Both the position numbers and the translations under genes were made by a program. This document shows, piece after piece, positions 35,599 to 47,045 of a DNA stretch of 64,000 nt (position 1 is the first letter of the stretch; the number at the start of each line of letters is the position of its first letter). The notes under the pieces are model-generated. The model ran no database searches and was not told the origin of the DNA. It was given only the letters and a program-made list of their open reading frames with translations. The stretch covers positions 25,129-89,128 of the forward strand of contig JAJCZE010000016.1 in NCBI GenBank assembly GCA_029262555.1. Direction: 5' to 3'. Source of the DNA: Candidatus Babelota bacterium. Its GTDB lineage: Bacteria; Babelota; Babeliae; Babelales; Vermiphilaceae.

Positions 35599-36858
35599 TT
35601 AAACTGCTTCAAATCTAAAGGGCAAAAGCTCTTTACTTTCTGCATATTTTTTTTCTAATTCATCGCGATCTTGCGCGCCTAAATGGATCCAGCAATAAAC
35701 ATAGCTCGTACCATCTTGCAATACGTCAGACAGTTTATTTCCTGTGCCAATCCATGGATAGTATTTCAACTCTGGAAATCGACATTGTGCTTTTTGCAAA
35801 TCCCATTCAGTGGGTACATGCAATACACGTTGATCTTCTTTTTGACGGCATACTAAACTTGCCGCCACATCAAATGATCCCCCCGTATATGCATTCGGTT
35901 TTTTACCACGCACAATGTCATAGAGCACGTCATAATTGCTCGCACCATTTACCATTGCAAATAGGTCGCAAAATTGTGCGGCCATACGAGGATTTATTTC
36001 AATAATATATATATCGCCCGTATCATCATCATACATAAATTCAATATTAAAAAGACTCATATCAAGCCCGATGCCTTTTACGAATCGCGCCGATATATCA
36101 AACATTTTTTCTTGCACTTCTTGCGGCAGCGATGAAGGGTATACAAATCGCTCAAAAGAAATCGTGCCCGGAAGCATCACCGAATCTACAATTCCAATCA
36201 ATCCAACTTCACCATCAAATACATACCCCTCAAGCGTTACTTGGCGCCCTTTGAGCATCTGTTCTGCAATAAAGTAACTGCCGTCATATTCAAAGTCGGA
36301 ATAGTTTTTTACTGCCCAATCAAATGAGATTAAAAACTCTTTAGGAATATGCACGTTTTCAAGATACTGCTGTAATTCTTGCATGCTATAAACTGGCCGC
36401 GCAAATGCAGAAAGATATGATTTAACCGGTTTCACAAATAGTGGAAACGATAATTTTTTCACATCATCGAGATGCTCTTTTGAAACGATAGCAAAGTGAG
36501 GCGTAGCTTCTGGTACATATTTTTGCTGCGCTTTACGAGAATAATATTTGTGTTGGCAGGTTAAAATTGCATCCAATGGCGGCGCTGAAAGATTTCGTTC
36601 TTGCGCAAGAACGCTCGTATAAATGCATCCCGGATAATCATATGCATTAAATAAAAACGTAACTCCATGCTGATCGGCAAGCCTATGCAATGTTTTGAGA
36701 TATTGTTTCGGCCTATATTGAAACGGTAACTCTGATTGAATACCAGATAAAACTCTCTTAAATACCGAATTATCCAAGTCAGTAAAAATAAAAGTATCGT
36801 CTTTCAAAGAAAGCTCTTGTCTGTCTTTTTTCTCTGAGCACACTACCAAAATAGCCAT
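35599..36858 (-). CDS. ATP-grasp domain protein (substrate unknown)
   Basis: ATP-grasp hallmarks: FPLFVKPVKSY, FIAEQMLKGRQVTLEGYVFDG and IYIIEINPRMAAQF. It ends 19 nt before the methyltransferase start, so the two are probably co-transcribed. Confidence 0.8.
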   Translation of the reverse strand: MAILVVCSEKKDRQELSLKDDTFIFTDLDNSVFKRVLSGIQSELPFQYRPKQYLKTLHRLADQHGVTFLFNAYDYPGCIYTSVLAQERNLSAPPLDAILTCQHKYYSRKAQQKYVPEATPHFAIVSKEHLDDVKKLSFPLFVKPVKSYLSAFARPVYSMQELQQYLENVHIPKEFLISFDWAVKNYSDFEYDGSYFIAEQMLKGRQVTLEGYVFDGEVGLIGIVDSVMLPGTISFERFVYPSSLPQEVQEKMFDISARFVKGIGLDMSLFNIEFMYDDDTGDIYIIEINPRMAAQFCDLFAMVNGASNYDVLYDIVRGKKPNAYTGGSFDVAASLVCRQKEDQRVLHVPTEWDLQKAQCRFPELKYYPWIGTGNKLSDVLQDGTSYVYCWIHLGAQDRDELEKKYAESKELLPFRFEAV

Positions 36859-36931
36859 TCCCTTCCGCTCCGCTTTTTGATTTTGAGCATAACGGAAGGT
36901 ATAAAAAAATAGCTACCACGCAATGCTCTTT

Positions 36932-37492
36932 TTAACTTTCAGCAATAATTAAAGATAGTTTTGCCATCACTCCATCAATAATCGCAATCTGCCGATCTTT
37001 CTCGCTTTGTAATCTTTGTGAATTTTCAATCATACGTTTGAGACCTTCAAACTCATTTCGAATACTGAAACGCACTTTTTCTCGAACTGCATTTTGCTCA
37101 GAAATACTCAATGGATGCTGCTGTACTACTCGTTGATATTTTTCTAATGGCTGCATATCAAATTGCACCACCGGCTGATCACCTTTAATAAATTCAACAA
37201 TGACTTGTGCTCGAAATTGCGCAATCAACGTTTCAATACCATCCCAACTCAGGCGCATTTTTTCTTCATACCACTGATATCCAAGTGCACCTCCCAAAAC
37301 TGCCGCAAAGCCAATAAGCGTTGCTACCACCTTTGAAAGATTTTTTGATTCTTGTGGGCTGCATTTTCGCTCACGCAACATACAGCTTTTATAACTTGAA
37401 AGCGTAGATTGAAACTCTTTCCACCCCGCATTCGCAGGAGCTATACATGATATCGCGCATGCGATAGTAAGAAATAAATTAGCTTTTTTCAT
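36932..37492 (-). CDS. Hypothetical secreted/membrane protein
   Basis: AGGAGG RBS upstream of the ATG at 37492. Signal-like MKKANLFLTIACAISCIAPANA, plus one internal hydrophobic helix. No family recognised. Confidence 0.6.
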   Translation of the reverse strand: MKKANLFLTIACAISCIAPANAGWKEFQSTLSSYKSCMLRERKCSPQESKNLSKVVATLIGFAAVLGGALGYQWYEEKMRLSWDGIETLIAQFRAQVIVEFIKGDQPVVQFDMQPLEKYQRVVQQHPLSISEQNAVREKVRFSIRNEFEGLKRMIENSQRLQSEKDRQIAIIDGVMAKLSLIIAES

Positions 37493-37590
37493 ACTTCCTC
37501 CTTCATACACCGTTACTCATTCCTATTTCTTTAAGTATAGGTGATTGAAAGAAGGAAAAACAAGAGATGAGCGCTTAAAACCAGGCTTTT

Positions 37591-39435
37591 TTACTCGACT
37601 GTAACTGATTTTGCCAAATTACGTGGTTTATCAATTGCCCGACCCAGCTCTTTGGCAATCGCATAAAAGAAAAATTGCATCAAGCCAGTCATCGCCAATG
37701 GGCCTAAAAGTGGCTTTACTCGTGGTATTTCAAATACCACGTCCGCCAGCTCGATCAGCTCACTTTGCCCATCAAAAGCAAATGCTATAATGTGGCCGCC
37801 ACGCGCTTTTACTTCTTGAGCGTTTACTAATAATTTTTGATAAATAAGTGAATCTTGATGAGAAAAAATAATAACGGGAATATCGGTATCAATTAAAGCG
37901 AGTGGCCCATGCTTGAGCTCCCCTGCCGGATACGCGGTTGCAAAAATATAGGCAATCTCTTTGAGCTTCAGTGCCGCCTCCATCGCAAATGGATAACTAC
38001 TATGCCGTCCTAAAAAAAGCATTTTGCGGTATCGTGCATACCGAGGAGCAAGCTCTTTAATAATCAACAGCTTATAATTCTCAATCGCGTTTTCAAGCAC
38101 CTCAGCTGCAACCAGAAGATCTTCTTGAGACCGCTCTAACTGCTCCAAAGAAATCATTTTCTTTTCATGCGCAATACGATGTGCAAGCCAATAGAGCGCA
38201 GTCAGCTGAGTAGAGAATGCTTTAGTGGATGCTACGGCAATTTCTCGCCCGGCTTGCGTTAATAAAAAACCATCCGCTTCTCGCACCATCGTACTCGATG
38301 ATATATTCGTAAGCGCAACGGTAGGCATTTTACAATCATGTACCATTCGCACGGCTTCAAGCGTATCGGCCGTTTCTCCCGATTGAGAAATGGCAACAAA
38401 CATACTTTTTTGTGAGGGGAAAAAAGGAAGATATCGAAACTCAGACCCCAAATGCAATTGCGTTGGAAGCATACAAATCGTTTCGAAAAAAAACTTTGCT
38501 ATATATCCCGCATGCCACGACGTGCCACACCCGATCAGATTAATCGAATCCAGATCGCGAATTTGCTGAGCGGTCATACCCAGATCATCCCACACGCGAT
38601 CTTTTACGGAATGCAAAAAATCAACAGTATCGTGTATTGCTGTTTTTTGCTCGTAAATTTCTTTCAGCATATAATGTTCATGGCCCTGCTTTTCATAGAG
38701 ATCCCATGTTACATCAATTTCTTGCACCGTAAACGGTAACGAAGTGCCATCAAAAGAATAAAGCTCAACGCCATCTTTTTTTACCAGAGCAAAACTCTCA
38801 TCTGGCATAAAAAGTACATTTTGAGCTTTTCCGGCAAACGCCAACATATCAGAGGCAACAAACATCTGCCCCTCGCCAATGCCAATACACAGTGGGGAAC
38901 GCTTACGAACGGCTATAATGGTATCTGGATAATCTTGCAACAATGACACAAATGCATACGCACCCTGCAAACGGCCTACGAGCTGCTTGAGTGCATCTGG
39001 TAGTGCGCGAGCGCCGGTAAGAGCCGCTTCAAAAAGGTGCGCTATTGTCTCTGAATCAGTTTGGGAATGAAAGCTATGTCCGGCAGCCTCAAGCTGCCGC
39101 TTTAGCTCATGATGATTTTCAATAATTCCATTATGCACTACTGAAATTTGCTTATGGCAATCAAAGTGCGGATGCGCATTCTGCTCTGAAGATGCTCCAT
39201 GGGTAGACCATCGAGTATGCCCAATTCCAGCAAAGCCATCGATCGGATCGTCTTGCAATCGCGAGACCAGCTGTGAAAGCTTTCCTTCGGACTTTGCATA
39301 CATCAATCGATTATCATCGGGATCGATACACGCAAATCCAGCAGAATCATAGCCACGATATTCAAGACGAGAGAGCCCTTCAAGCACAATCGCCCTGCTT
39401 TCTTTCATGCCAATATAGCCAACTACGCTACACAC
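37591..39435 (-). CDS. glmS: Glutamine--fructose-6-phosphate aminotransferase
   Basis: N-terminal nucleophile MCSVVGYIG (class II amidotransferase), two SIS domains and the conserved C-terminus ...NLAKSVTVE. Confidence 0.96.
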   Translation of the reverse strand: MCSVVGYIGMKESRAIVLEGLSRLEYRGYDSAGFACIDPDDNRLMYAKSEGKLSQLVSRLQDDPIDGFAGIGHTRWSTHGASSEQNAHPHFDCHKQISVVHNGIIENHHELKRQLEAAGHSFHSQTDSETIAHLFEAALTGARALPDALKQLVGRLQGAYAFVSLLQDYPDTIIAVRKRSPLCIGIGEGQMFVASDMLAFAGKAQNVLFMPDESFALVKKDGVELYSFDGTSLPFTVQEIDVTWDLYEKQGHEHYMLKEIYEQKTAIHDTVDFLHSVKDRVWDDLGMTAQQIRDLDSINLIGCGTSWHAGYIAKFFFETICMLPTQLHLGSEFRYLPFFPSQKSMFVAISQSGETADTLEAVRMVHDCKMPTVALTNISSSTMVREADGFLLTQAGREIAVASTKAFSTQLTALYWLAHRIAHEKKMISLEQLERSQEDLLVAAEVLENAIENYKLLIIKELAPRYARYRKMLFLGRHSSYPFAMEAALKLKEIAYIFATAYPAGELKHGPLALIDTDIPVIIFSHQDSLIYQKLLVNAQEVKARGGHIIAFAFDGQSELIELADVVFEIPRVKPLLGPLAMTGLMQFFFYAIAKELGRAIDKPRNLAKSVTVE

Positions 39436-39508
39436 TCTTTATACCTTTTTTAGTTAAGAGTACATTATGTGGCTATCACCACAAGGAAATCGAAAATGTA
39501 ATGGAAAA

Positions 39509-39931
39509 TTACCGTTTGGTAAACTGGAATTTACGACGAGCAGCTTTTTGACCCGGTTTTTTACGCTCTTTTTTACGAGCATCAACCGTTAAAAGCCCCT
39601 TGCCTCTTAATTCAGACTTAGTCGCTTCATCGAGCTGTACAAAGCATCGAGCGATCGCTAGTTTCACAGCATCCGCCTGAGCAGCTTTACCACCGCCAGT
39701 TACTGTTACTTTCATGTCGAACTTTTCAGACATCGGTAAAAGACGAAGTGGCGTTGCAGCGTTTTCTACGTCAATTTTGGTATCAAAGTATTGAGAAATA
39801 TCGAGATTGTTTACTCGAACATCACCCTTACCAGAGCGACACCATACACGAGCAACCGACTTTTTGCGGCGACCAACACCGTGTGCAAGAGACGTATTTT
39901 TTACTGAAGCTGACGCTTTTTCTTGTGCCAT
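39509..39931 (-). CDS. rpsI: 30S ribosomal protein S9
   Basis: GGGKAAQADAVKLAIARC and the C-terminal PGQKAARRKFQFTKR. No rplM lies upstream of it in this window. Confidence 0.95.
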   Translation of the reverse strand: MAQEKASASVKNTSLAHGVGRRKKSVARVWCRSGKGDVRVNNLDISQYFDTKIDVENAATPLRLLPMSEKFDMKVTVTGGGKAAQADAVKLAIARCFVQLDEATKSELRGKGLLTVDARKKERKKPGQKAARRKFQFTKR

Positions 39932-40081
39932 ACCGTTTAAAACCTTTCAATAGAATGGAATATGCCTGAATTTTATGGATAAAACCATACTCTTATCGTA
40001 GAGAATCTGGGGTAAAATGTCAAAAAAGAGTGCTGAAAGACCTCTCTTTCTTTGCTCAAACACCCAAAGAGGCCCCCACAG

Positions 40082-40133
40082 GCCCTATCCCTTATCCTCA
40101 AAGGTCTCTTGGCAACCCAAACAGCGAGCCGCA
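40082..40133. repeat. Direct repeat copy A, a non-functional duplicate of the dksA 3' end
   Basis: This 52-bp segment is identical, apart from one synonymous-position mismatch, to 42949-43000. On the minus strand it reads AARCLGCQETFEDKG-stop, but an in-frame TAG lies just upstream and there is no start codon. Confidence 0.9.
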
Positions 40134-40275
40134 CCTGCCTATTCATCTCTCAACAGATAAATATCTAATATGTATATCTAGCAAAAGAGAGAACTATTGC
40201 CTTTTTGAAAATAAAAATGGCACATTGAGAATAATAAAAAAAAGAGGGCCTTGTTTTAGCAAAGGAAAAATCAAA

Positions 40276-42936
40276 ATGAATAAGATCTCAATGCTGCTTA
40301 TAGTAACTATTTTTACTTGTAGCTTACATAGTCAAGCCGCTCAGGCACCTAAAACAAACGCCAGCTTCATCAATGCTGTAAAAATCCTCCGCGGAGAGCG
40401 ATCTGTACTAAAAAGCAAGGCAATCCTTGCTGGTGCAGGCGCTGCAGCTGCTACCGGATTAGCTGTAACCTCACCTCAAATTATAGATCCTGAAATGGAA
40501 ATCCAGCTTTATCGCGAAGCTCGTGGTGGAATTCCCGAGGGCCAAGAATGGAGCGAAGACTATAAAACTGAACATATGCGCAATATCGGAGAAAAAGCTA
40601 TCATCGTTGCGGCTGGATCAGCAGCTATCGGAGCTGGGGTGGGTGCTCTTTATAGTAAGGGAAAAAAGCACTATATCCTTTCAAAGCTGAATTCGCTACT
40701 TCGAGCGTACACCGATTATTCCTCATTTCAAAGCCTCACATTTGCCCAAAGTGCTCTATTATATGCTGCCTATATGCAAGATCTCGATCAGCTCAAGCAA
40801 CTTGCACAAAAAAATTCTGATTTTCTCAATGAAAAAGGAATATTTAACGTCATCACCTCACTGTTTTATAATAAGCATGCAACTCATGATTTAATGGCCG
40901 CGCTCAAAGAGCATTTAAAAATAGATACGATACAAATTCACTATTTGCCAGACATTTTAGCGCGCCAGTCTTTACGGCAAAAAGCTCGAGAAGCAAGGGA
41001 CACAGGAATTGCAACAATAAAATCTGGGGGCGCTGCAATTGGATCTAGTATCCGAACAGGAAGAGATGCTATTGGATCTAGAGTCTCACGCGCAACAAAA
41101 GCAGCAACCTCTCCCTTTAGGCTCAACTATATGTCTGAGAAAGCCATTGCCCCCTATATGAATGACCCTTCGCAATATGATGCTTTTTTGCAAAGCTACA
41201 ACCCCAACATTTTGGTCGGGACATTTGGAGGATATTTAACTGGCGCAAATGCCACACCCATACTCGGATATGCATTATGGAATGGAAAAGGTGAATTTGC
41301 TAGCTTTTTAATCGAACATGGCGCAAAAACAAGTGATAATCGCATGCAAAATCGCGCACTGTATAATAAAAAGGGATATAATAGCTACTTAGATTTGGCA
41401 ATCGACAAAAAACAATTAAATGTTGTAAAAAAGCTGATAAAACTTGGATTGAAAATAGGAGACAAAGAGCTTCGCCGTGCCTTTACAACTCCTGATCAAT
41501 CCATTCAATCCTATATTGAAAGCATAATCTCAAATCCAGAACACTTACAGCCTGGCGTTGCCCCTCTTAATATCGCCGTCTCAATCGGCAATAAAGACCT
41601 TGTAAAAAGATTATTCAATACAAAAAATATCAACAATGCTGATTTAAATGGCAACACCCCATTACATATAGCAGTAAATCAATCTAATACAGATTTAATA
41701 AAATTATTGCTAGAAAGTGACGCATCTGTTGAAGCTAAAAACAAGAAAGGAAACACTCCTTTACACCTCGCAAAAAAGGCTGCGATTGCAAACTTATTGA
41801 TTCAGCAAGGAGCCTCAACAAATAGTAAAAACAATGAAGGCAAAATCCCACTCTTTATCGCCCTAGAAGGAAATGATCCGTTATTAATTAAAGCCCTTGC
41901 GCAAGGAGTAGATCTTGCTATCGCAAATCAAGCTGGTAATAGCTTGCTTCACCAAGCAATTAGACACAATAAAAATGATTTTGCGAAAATGATTTTGCAA
42001 AAAAATCCTTCTTTAATTGATCAAATAAATCAACAAAAAGAAACACCTCTTGCCCTGGCTGCCAAACTTGAAAATAATCAAATGATTAATTTTTTGATTG
42101 CCAACAATGCAAATATAGAGTCTCGCAATAGCGATAATGCTACACCACTGATAATTGCCATTTCGAACAACAATATAGACGGTGCTAAACAGCTACTATC
42201 TTATAATGCAGACCCAAACGCTACAGATAAGCATAGTGATAGCTCTTTGCATAAAGCTGTCGGCTTTAAGCGGATCACAATTATCGATGATTTACTTAAA
42301 AACGGGGCTTCGATAGACAAGCAAGACCTTCTAGGAAATTATCCGCTTCATATTGCACTTACTAAAGACCTTCCGGGTCATATCATCATAAAGCTCATTT
42401 CTCCTACTAATATCAATGCATCTAACAACGCTGGGAACACCCCGCTGAGCCTCACAAAAAACAAACAATCAATGCTCGCATTACTTCGAGCAGGAGCTGA
42501 TCCTAATATTGCGCTTAACAATAACGATACGGCTCTTCAAATTGCTGCAAAAAATCTCGACTCTGATAGCGTGTCAACCCTTTTGCAGCATGGAGCTCGA
42601 ACTAACTTTATAAACAATCAAGGAAACTTACCTCTTCACACGGCGCTACTTGCCATGCAAACTAATTTCTTCACACCAAATGCGACCAAAACAATTGGCA
42701 TTATTCAAAGCTTAATAAGCCCACAAATAATAAATAGCCCCAATAACGATGGGCGGACCCCTATAAGCATTGCCGCAAGTATACCTAATGCTCAACTCAG
42801 CAAACAAATAATTCAATTATTATATCAACATGGAGCCCGGAACGATATTCCCGACTTAAAAGGAAAATTCCCTCATGAATACTCGCTCTATACCGACGTT
42901 CGTAAATTGCTCGGCTATATACCGCCAACACACTAA
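40276..42936 (+). CDS. Ankyrin-repeat protein with signal peptide and N-terminal hydrophobic segments
   Basis: I prefer the start at MNKISMLLIVTIFTCSLHSQA (AAAGGA RBS) over the GTG at 40030, because the GTG extension reads through the dksA remnant. The C-terminal two-thirds holds many 33-aa ANK units (GNTPLHIAVNQSNTDLIKLLLESDASVEAKNKK...). Confidence 0.9.
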   Translation: MNKISMLLIVTIFTCSLHSQAAQAPKTNASFINAVKILRGERSVLKSKAILAGAGAAAATGLAVTSPQIIDPEMEIQLYREARGGIPEGQEWSEDYKTEHMRNIGEKAIIVAAGSAAIGAGVGALYSKGKKHYILSKLNSLLRAYTDYSSFQSLTFAQSALLYAAYMQDLDQLKQLAQKNSDFLNEKGIFNVITSLFYNKHATHDLMAALKEHLKIDTIQIHYLPDILARQSLRQKAREARDTGIATIKSGGAAIGSSIRTGRDAIGSRVSRATKAATSPFRLNYMSEKAIAPYMNDPSQYDAFLQSYNPNILVGTFGGYLTGANATPILGYALWNGKGEFASFLIEHGAKTSDNRMQNRALYNKKGYNSYLDLAIDKKQLNVVKKLIKLGLKIGDKELRRAFTTPDQSIQSYIESIISNPEHLQPGVAPLNIAVSIGNKDLVKRLFNTKNINNADLNGNTPLHIAVNQSNTDLIKLLLESDASVEAKNKKGNTPLHLAKKAAIANLLIQQGASTNSKNNEGKIPLFIALEGNDPLLIKALAQGVDLAIANQAGNSLLHQAIRHNKNDFAKMILQKNPSLIDQINQQKETPLALAAKLENNQMINFLIANNANIESRNSDNATPLIIAISNNNIDGAKQLLSYNADPNATDKHSDSSLHKAVGFKRITIIDDLLKNGASIDKQDLLGNYPLHIALTKDLPGHIIIKLISPTNINASNNAGNTPLSLTKNKQSMLALLRAGADPNIALNNNDTALQIAAKNLDSDSVSTLLQHGARTNFINNQGNLPLHTALLAMQTNFFTPNATKTIGIIQSLISPQIINSPNNDGRTPISIAASIPNAQLSKQIIQLLYQHGARNDIPDLKGKFPHEYSLYTDVRKLLGYIPPTH

Positions 42937-42948
42937 TAGAGCAAGTAA

Positions 42949-43000
42949 GCCCTATCCCTTGTCCTCAAAGGTCTCTTGGCAACCCAAACAGCGAGCCGCA
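42949..43000. repeat. Direct repeat copy B (the functional 3' end of dksA)
   Basis: It matches 40082-40133 at 51 of 52 positions and lies 2867 bp downstream of copy A. Confidence 0.9.
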
Positions 43001-43299
43001 TTGGGATACCATTTCAGGCGTTTTTCTGAAATATCGCTATCGCAATCGATACAGATGCCATATGTGCCATCTTCGATTTTAGAAAGGGCCTGTTTGATAC
43101 GCTTATATTCTTGAAGCTCGGTATCTTGCAAAGAAGATCGAAGGCTTTCCATCGTCGCAGTTAGTGCCTGATCGCCCGGATCTTGCACTTGATCGTCACT
43201 TACCTTCTCGGTTGATAGCTTATGAAGATGCTCTTCAAGCTCATTCCGGCGCTCAGTAAGCTGCGCTTTAATTTTTTTGAGATCCTGATTTGTACTCAC
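42952..43299 (-). CDS. dksA: DksA/TraR family C4-type zinc-finger protein
   Basis: N-terminal coiled coil and a C4 finger (CIDCDSDISEKRLKWYPNAARCLGC). Confidence 0.85.
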   Translation of the reverse strand: MSTNQDLKKIKAQLTERRNELEEHLHKLSTEKVSDDQVQDPGDQALTATMESLRSSLQDTELQEYKRIKQALSKIEDGTYGICIDCDSDISEKRLKWYPNAARCLGCQETFEDKG

Positions 43300-43771
43300 C
43301 TTTTTTTATCCTTTGCATTTGAAAGAATCGCTTCAATAGATGCTCGGCTTGCGCCGCGCAGACACCGCTTACTACTCGCACGTCATTTTTGTATACCGAA
43401 GAGGTCGCAACGTTGTCAAGCTGATATCCAAAGCGCGGTGAGGAAGCTCCAAAGATGAGTGTTTGAATTCTGGAGAGTCGGATCAAGCTATAGCACATAC
43501 TGCACGGCTCAAGCGTTACATATAAGGTACAATCATCCAGGCGCCAATCTCCCCTCTGATCATTTGCCTGCATAATAGCTGTTATTTCTGCATGAGCGCA
43601 CTGCGTATTGCGCCCTTCCACTTGATTATATCCGCGACCAATAATCACACCATTAGCATCTACCACAACTGCGCCAATTGGCACTTCGTTACAATCGAAT
43701 GCCTCTTTCGCCAATGCCAGCGCTTCTTGCATATGTGTAGTATCACGCGTTGAGTCTTTTTTGTCAGACAT
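43268..43771 (-). CDS. tadA: tRNA-specific adenosine deaminase
   Basis: CDA-fold zinc motifs CAHAEITAI and PCSMC. The 3' end overlaps the dksA start by 32 nt. Confidence 0.9.
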   Translation of the reverse strand: MSDKKDSTRDTTHMQEALALAKEAFDCNEVPIGAVVVDANGVIIGRGYNQVEGRNTQCAHAEITAIMQANDQRGDWRLDDCTLYVTLEPCSMCYSLIRLSRIQTLIFGASSPRFGYQLDNVATSSVYKNDVRVVSGVCAAQAEHLLKRFFQMQRIKKGEYKSGSQKN

Positions 43772-43901
43772 CCCAAACCCCTATACAATCATCCCTCGAT
43801 GAGAAAAGTGGAAAAAAAACGGATTATGCTTTACACTTAAGATACAGTCATTTTAGTATACTACGGTGTCTGATTTTTACTATTCAATTGAGCCATGATG
43901 A

Positions 43902-46334
<2,433 letters not shown>

Positions 46335-46469
46335 AAGCTACATTTTATACTTGTATCTTCACAGTTTGATTACATGTTCTTTAGGCTTTTTGCTCTTTCG
46401 AGCAACTCTAAAATCATGAGTCGCTTTGAGTAGTACTATCATTCTATATTTTACAAGTAGAGGTTTTTT

Positions 46470-46730
46470 ATGAATATTCGCCAACTGTTGGTGGTTGGAT
46501 TGCTGTCTTTTGGGATTGTCTCGATTGAGGCTGGATACAATCGGCGTCAATTATTAAGTCCTAGAGAACAACAAGCATTGCTCAGAAAGTTAACAAAAGA
46601 AGAAGGCAATGGGAGGCTATCACCGCAAAGTAGTCGTCGTCTTGCTTTCCTTCGATCTGCTATGAGTAAAGGCCAAGTACCGGTAGCTGCCCAGCAGCAT
46701 AATTATGACGAATTACCACCACAAGACTAA
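46470..46730 (+). CDS. Hypothetical small secreted protein
   Basis: Signal-like MNIRQLLVVGLLSFGIVSIEA followed by a basic/polar sequence. No family recognised. Confidence 0.5.
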   Translation: MNIRQLLVVGLLSFGIVSIEAGYNRRQLLSPREQQALLRKLTKEEGNGRLSPQSSRRLAFLRSAMSKGQVPVAAQQHNYDELPPQD

Positions 46731-46769
46731 TTAAATAAATACATACCTACTTTCTAATCGAGGTTATAC

Positions 46770-47018
46770 ATGAATTTTTATAAAACGTTATTCTCATTGG
46801 TATTAATACTCAGCATGAGCACTATCTGCCATGGAGTTGCAAAAAAAGGCAACGGTAATCGTAGTAGAAAACTGCAAAGTAAAGTAGTGCGTGATAAAAA
46901 AAGGCACGAAAGAATACATGGCAAAAAACACACTGCTCAAGGAGCAGATATGAGCGCCTTATATCTCTTTACAGAAAGCCCTACTCACGGTAGACGCGTT
47001 CCTCGCGCTCAACAATAA
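46770..47018 (+). CDS. Hypothetical small secreted, highly basic protein
   Basis: Signal-like MNFYKTLFSLVLILSMSTICHG followed by a Lys/Arg/His-rich sequence. No family recognised. Confidence 0.5.
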   Translation: MNFYKTLFSLVLILSMSTICHGVAKKGNGNRSRKLQSKVVRDKKRHERIHGKKHTAQGADMSALYLFTESPTHGRRVPRAQQ

Positions 47019-47045
47019 GAGCATCTCGTACATCAAACGAAGGTT

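Noticed and set aside
39436-39508. Possible glmS ribozyme upstream of glmS.
   Set aside because: Only 73 nt separate the rpsI stop from the glmS start. That is too short for the ribozyme of about 170 nt, and no conserved core sequence is evident.
40030-40275. GTG-initiated 82-codon N-terminal extension of the first ankyrin ORF.
   Set aside because: The extension reads through the antisense of the duplicated dksA 3' end and has no RBS. The internal ATG at 40276 has an AAAGGA RBS and begins a canonical signal peptide.
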